Shown one piece after another: positions 60,264 through 64,000 of a stretch of DNA of 64,000 nucleotides (its first letter is position 1; each line of letters begins with the position of its first letter). The translations under genes were made by a program, and so were the position numbers. Under the pieces are notes generated by a model. That model had not been told where the DNA came from, searched no databases, and saw only the letters and a list, made by a program, of their open reading frames with translations. Origin of the DNA: Gemmatimonadales bacterium (GTDB taxonomy: Bacteria; Gemmatimonadota; Gemmatimonadetes; Gemmatimonadales; GWC2-71-9); assembly GCA_037189525.1 (NCBI GenBank), contig JBBCJC010000002.1:672001-736000 (forward strand). The letters run 5' to 3'.

Positions 60264-60911
60264 TCAGTCGTCGGAGTTGTTCGGAACGCCTTCGATCACG
60301 AAGACCACTCGGCGATTGGCTTCGGCTCCGGGCATGTCGCCGTAGGCGCCTTCGACCAACTGACGGGTTTTGCCCATACCGACCGCGCGGAGCGTTACAC
60401 CCGACGCGCCCGCCTGTTCCAGGTAGGCGCGAACGTTGTCGGCGCGCTCCTGCGAGAGACGGCGATTGTACGCGGTCGTGCCGGCCGGATCTGCAAAGCC
60501 TTCGATCGTGACGATGGACCCGGCATAGTGGCGGCTGACGACCTGCGCAAAGCGGTCGAGCGCGGCGCGATCTTCCGGCCGAACAGTGGCGTCGTCATAT
60601 GCGAAGCGAATCGGGAAGGCAAACTGCATCCCGCCTTCCATCGCGATGATGCGGGCGCCGAGTGAATCGCGGAGGACGCGAAGATCCTGCTGCAGTGTCG
60701 TGACATCGCGCTTGACGCCGTCGACATCCGTACGGACGCTGGCGATCTGGCCGGACAGGTCACGTCGCACCCCTTCGTCGCCCGCCGTCCATCCCGCGCG
60801 GCTGCTATCTGCCGCGGCCTGGACCTGTCGATTGACGTACCCCTTGGTTGCGCAGCCACTTACCGAGGCGATCAGGAGTACCGCGCCCGTGAACTTCGCG
60901 ATCGTCGTCAT
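60264..60911 (-). CDS. OmpA-domain lipoprotein with coiled coil
   Basis: SGCATKGYV lipobox, EGFADPAG..YN..LSQERA, NRRV. Confidence 0.92.
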   Translation of the reverse strand: MTTIAKFTGAVLLIASVSGCATKGYVNRQVQAAADSSRAGWTAGDEGVRRDLSGQIASVRTDVDGVKRDVTTLQQDLRVLRDSLGARIIAMEGGMQFAFPIRFAYDDATVRPEDRAALDRFAQVVSRHYAGSIVTIEGFADPAGTTAYNRRLSQERADNVRAYLEQAGASGVTLRAVGMGKTRQLVEGAYGDMPGAEANRRVVFVIEGVPNNSDD

Positions 60912-61059
60912 CTGGAGTCCCCCATCAGGTTGATACGTTCAATCCCCGAAGTCCAATCGGGGGTCGGTGCTCGAAATGCCGCACCATGACGTGGTGTCTG
61001 AGTGAGAGACGAACGAGGGCGCTCGAGGTGGACGTGTCTGAGAACCGCCACTCATAAGT

Positions 61060-61084
61060 GACGGGAAACCGGTCGGAAAATTCC
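61060..61084 (-). promoter_or_regulatory. Candidate ECF promoter for OmpA-RND cluster
   Basis: Minus strand GGAAT-N16-CGTC. Confidence 0.4.
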
Positions 61085-61104
61085 GCCGCCTGAGCGCGAC
61101 GAGG

Positions 61105-61833
61105 TCAGTGTTTCGGGCGGGCGATGAAGATCTGCCGGTCCCAGGGATCGTGCGCCGTCTCGAACGTGAGGCCGGCCGCGTCGAGCCATTCGTGCCACTG
61201 GGCGAGCGAGAAGAGACCTTCCATATGCCGGTCGTGCTCGACCGTGATGCGGCCATCCGAATCGCGCAGCAGGAAGGCGTAGTCGACCAGATAGGTACCG
61301 TCGGTCGGATCAGGGTCCCAGCGCCATTCGAGGTATCGCAAACCTCGGCCATCGGGTCCGTCGGTGCCTTCGGCCTCGGTGCCCTCGGTAAACGTTTCGC
61401 GCAGGTAGTCGGGCAGGATGGCGATGACCCCGTCCGTGCGGCAGTGGAGCACGGCGGTGCGAAGCGCGGCGCGGACGGCATCCGGGGTGGTGGCATACAT
61501 GATCGCGTCATGTACCAGGACGACGTCGAACTGCCGGTCCAGTCGCAACGTCTGCATGTCCCCGACCAGGTGCTCTGCCTCGGGGTTCAGGGTGGCGCTG
61601 ACGGCCAGCATGGCCGGGGCGCGATCGGTCAGGGTCAGGGCGAAATGAGGGGCCAGGTGCGAGGCCAGGTTCCCGCCGCCGGCGCCGAGTTCGAGCAGGG
61701 TCGGGCGGCGGTCCGCGGGCAGGGGGCCGAGGCGCTGCAGCAGGTCGAGGGCCTCGGCGTCATAGTCGTCGGGGGGCGAAAAGAGGGGCCACCAGTGCGC
61801 CAACTCGTCGTAGAAACGGGGTCGCGTCGACAT
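61105..61833 (-). CDS. Class I SAM-dependent methyltransferase
   Basis: LELGAGGG, GDMQTLRL..FDVVLVHDAI. Confidence 0.92.
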   Translation of the reverse strand: MSTRPRFYDELAHWWPLFSPPDDYDAEALDLLQRLGPLPADRRPTLLELGAGGGNLASHLAPHFALTLTDRAPAMLAVSATLNPEAEHLVGDMQTLRLDRQFDVVLVHDAIMYATTPDAVRAALRTAVLHCRTDGVIAILPDYLRETFTEGTEAEGTDGPDGRGLRYLEWRWDPDPTDGTYLVDYAFLLRDSDGRITVEHDRHMEGLFSLAQWHEWLDAAGLTFETAHDPWDRQIFIARPKH

Positions 61834-61925
61834 GCTGCAGTATGCTCGCAACGCCAACCTGGTTCAACGGCGGGGGTGGGCCGGGGCGACCGGGGCAGGT
61901 GGGGGTGGCGGGCCGGTCCGGAATC

Positions 61926-62019
61926 AAGGCACACTTTATGCATATATATCTAAGTTATATCTGAGTCGATTTATACTAAGCATGCAGATATTTACATTAA
62001 ATCACGTCTTGCTTAGCTT
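61926..62019 (+). promoter_or_regulatory. AT-rich glnA control region with sigma54-like and sigma70-like promoters
   Basis: GG(61928-29)-N10-GC(61940-41); TTTACA(61991-96)-N17-TAGCTT(62014-19); repeated CTAAG boxes. Confidence 0.55.
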
Positions 62020-62062
62020 ATAGCAGTGTAGTTCAACAATCTGACCTGTCGGAGCAACATCC

Positions 62063-63490
62063 ATGAGCATGCGCGACTTCCTCGAAATCCCGTATGACGA
62101 GCTCGAGGAAATCAACCTCGAAGCCAAGGCGGAACGGCTCGACCTGATCGACCCGGATGTGATTCGCGAAAAGCGCATCAAGTACTTGAGCGACGAAAAG
62201 CGCATCAAGGCGGTTACCGTCTGCTTCGCAGACCTCGAAGGCCGCCTGCACATGCTCGACTACGACAAGAAGTTTCTGATCAAGTCGTATGACAATCTCA
62301 CGTTCGACGGATCGTCGGTGCGCGGCTTTTCTGCGCAGCAGGAGTCCGATCTTCGCTTGAGCATCGACTGGCCCGCGTTCTACTGGTTGCCGTCCGACGT
62401 CTTCGGTCCGGGCAAGACGCTGGTCTTTGGCGACGTGCTGGAAAAGGATGGCGCGCCGTACGCGGCCGATGTGCGTTCCCGGCTCAAGAGCTATCTCAAG
62501 ACGCTGCGGGAGACGGAAGGGTTCACCTGCAATGCGGCGCCGGAGATCGAGGGTTTCCTCTTCAAGGGGCGGGACGCCGAGCGTCGCTATCACGAGACGG
62601 GCAAGTTCGAGTATGTGTCGACGGGCGGCTACTATCACTCGCTGCCGGGTGATGCGCTGCGTACGTTCATCGACACTGTCGCGGAGTCGCAGCGGGCGCT
62701 CGGGTTCGGCAACGAGAAGGATCATCCAGAGGTGGCGCCGTCGCAGTTCGAGGTCAACTACAGCTACACCGAGGCCAGTGTCGCGGCCGATCAGGTCCTG
62801 CTGTACAAGCTGGTCTGCCGCCAGATTGCGTCGCGGCTCGACATGACGGCGTCGTTCCTGCCCAAGCCGGTGACCGGCGTCAACGGGTCGGGCATGCACA
62901 TCAACATGTCGGTCAGCAAGGGCGGCAAGAACCTGTTCTACGACAAGAAGGGTCAGGACCAACTTTCCGAGTTCGGCTGGACCTTCATCGATCGGATCTT
63001 GTCGAGTGGTCAGGAGTTGTGTCTGGTCCTCAACCCGAGCGTCAACGCCTATCGTCGTCTCGACCCGCACTTCGAGGCGCCGAATCAGATCAAGGCGTCC
63101 GCCGTCGATCGTGGCTCGATGGTTCGGATTCCGATCGGCAACGAAAAGTCGGCGCGGGTCGAAGTGCGATCGATCGCACCCGATGCCAATCCGTATCTGG
63201 TGCTCTATTCGCTGCTCCGGACCGGACTCGAAGGGCCGATCGAGGATTCGGGCGACAAGAAGCGGGATCGGACCAAGTTTCTGCCGGACAACATCTATGA
63301 CGGCATCCGGCTCTTCAAGAGCTCGAAGTTTGCTGCGGATCTGCTGACGGAGTCCGTTCACAAGAAGTATGCGGACCTGAAGCTCGCCTCGGCGGAGCGG
63401 TGTCCGAAGGCGTTGGGCTCGCAGATCAAGATTCCGGAAATTCAGTTCCACCACGAGATCACCAATCAGTATCTCTGGTCGAAGTTCTGA
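62063..63490 (+). CDS. glnA: Glutamine synthetase (type I-like)
   Basis: FDGSS, HPEVAPSQFE, PKP..GVNGSGMH, NAYRRL..FEAP, VEVR. Confidence 0.93.
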   Translation: MSMRDFLEIPYDELEEINLEAKAERLDLIDPDVIREKRIKYLSDEKRIKAVTVCFADLEGRLHMLDYDKKFLIKSYDNLTFDGSSVRGFSAQQESDLRLSIDWPAFYWLPSDVFGPGKTLVFGDVLEKDGAPYAADVRSRLKSYLKTLRETEGFTCNAAPEIEGFLFKGRDAERRYHETGKFEYVSTGGYYHSLPGDALRTFIDTVAESQRALGFGNEKDHPEVAPSQFEVNYSYTEASVAADQVLLYKLVCRQIASRLDMTASFLPKPVTGVNGSGMHINMSVSKGGKNLFYDKKGQDQLSEFGWTFIDRILSSGQELCLVLNPSVNAYRRLDPHFEAPNQIKASAVDRGSMVRIPIGNEKSARVEVRSIAPDANPYLVLYSLLRTGLEGPIEDSGDKKRDRTKFLPDNIYDGIRLFKSSKFAADLLTESVHKKYADLKLASAERCPKALGSQIKIPEIQFHHEITNQYLWSKF

Positions 63491-63531
63491 GTCGGGATTC
63501 GCCGGTTACACGGCCGGCGTAGTCTGAGAAG

Positions 63532-63566
63532 AGGGGGCGAATTTCGGTTCGCCCCCTTATTCTTTT
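63532..63566 (+). terminator. Rho-independent terminator after glnA
   Basis: AGGGGGCGAA-tttcgg-TTCGCCCCCT-TATTCTTTT. Confidence 0.85.
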
Positions 63567-63656
63567 CGCGCACCATGCGTCGTGGCCGGTTCGGTTCGGC
63601 CATGTTGCCGCGGCGTGCTCGATCCAGACTGATATCCTGCGCCTTTCGTGAGACCC

Positions 63657-64000
63657 ATGACCGATTCGGCAGCTTTGATTGTGCGTTTGAAGGAGTTGGA
63701 GCGCGCGTCCCGTCCTCTCAATCCCGGAACCGGGCGTCGCCGTGCCGCGCGCGCCGCCGTCGCGGCCGCAGGCGATCGTTTCCTGCGGCAGATCGAGCAT
63801 CTGCCGGCATTCGATCATCATCAGGGCGAGGGCGTGCTCGACGCACCGATCGGTGAGCAGGGTGTCGGTTTGGGAGACCTGATTCCGCTGATCGAACAGG
63901 ACGTGCTGCGCTCCGGCGCCACTACGGCGGCGCCGGGCTATCTGGGTTATATCCCCGGCGGCGGAATCTATTATTCGGCGTTAGGCGACTACCTCGCGGC
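63657..64000 (+). CDS. PLP-dependent decarboxylase (group II-like), N-terminal part (runs off window; not in ORF track)
   Basis: Hand translation MTDSAALIVRLKELERASRPL...APGYLGYIPGGGIYYSALGDYLA. Confidence 0.82.
   Translation, partial: MTDSAALIVRLKELERASRPLNPGTGRRRAARAAVAAAGDRFLRQIEHLPAFDHHQGEGVLDAPIGEQGVGLGDLIPLIEQDVLRSGATTAAPGYLGYIPGGGIYYSALGDYLA

Noticed and set aside
63575..63856. 93-aa ORF-track call after glnA
   Set aside because: Wrong frame; the real gene is the PLP decarboxylase starting at 63657.
1..64000. tRNA, rRNA, CRISPR, prophage or IS elements
   Set aside because: No T-loop/anticodon pattern, repeat-spacer array, phage or transposase motif seen by eye; tRNAscan-SE and Infernal would be needed to exclude them formally.

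Overview
High-GC bacterial chromosomal segment, densely coding with about 62 CDS. No rRNA, tRNA, CRISPR array, transposase or prophage was seen. Gene content (PadR next to an ADOP permease, several ECF sigma/anti-sigma modules, many exported peptidases) suggests Gemmatimonadota; this is an inference. Main blocks: a DNA-repair operon with a catalytically degenerate PolX-PHP and endonuclease III; a cyclophilin/HD/cardiolipin-synthase operon followed by an ECF-led TolC/MacAB-type exporter; a SigG-like ECF with glyoxalase and SRPBCC genes; an ECF/anti-sigma/PDZ module; several hydrolases; a Tat-lipoprotein intradiol dioxygenase with a sigma54 two-component system; an atypical SDR-TerC operon; a lone Fic gene behind an AT-rich operator array; an OmpA-RND-exported methyltransferase-amino acid permease cluster; and glutamine synthetase. 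No single unambiguous new system is proven. The best candidates are the exported SAM-methyltransferase/permease/RND cluster, the dead-polymerase repair operon and the sigma54-controlled exported dioxygenase. The intergenic DNA holds a readable regulatory layer (sigma54/IHF/UAS, ECF promoters, operators, leaderless starts). Product calls come from motif recognition by eye; start codons were adjusted where the ORF track was over-extended.
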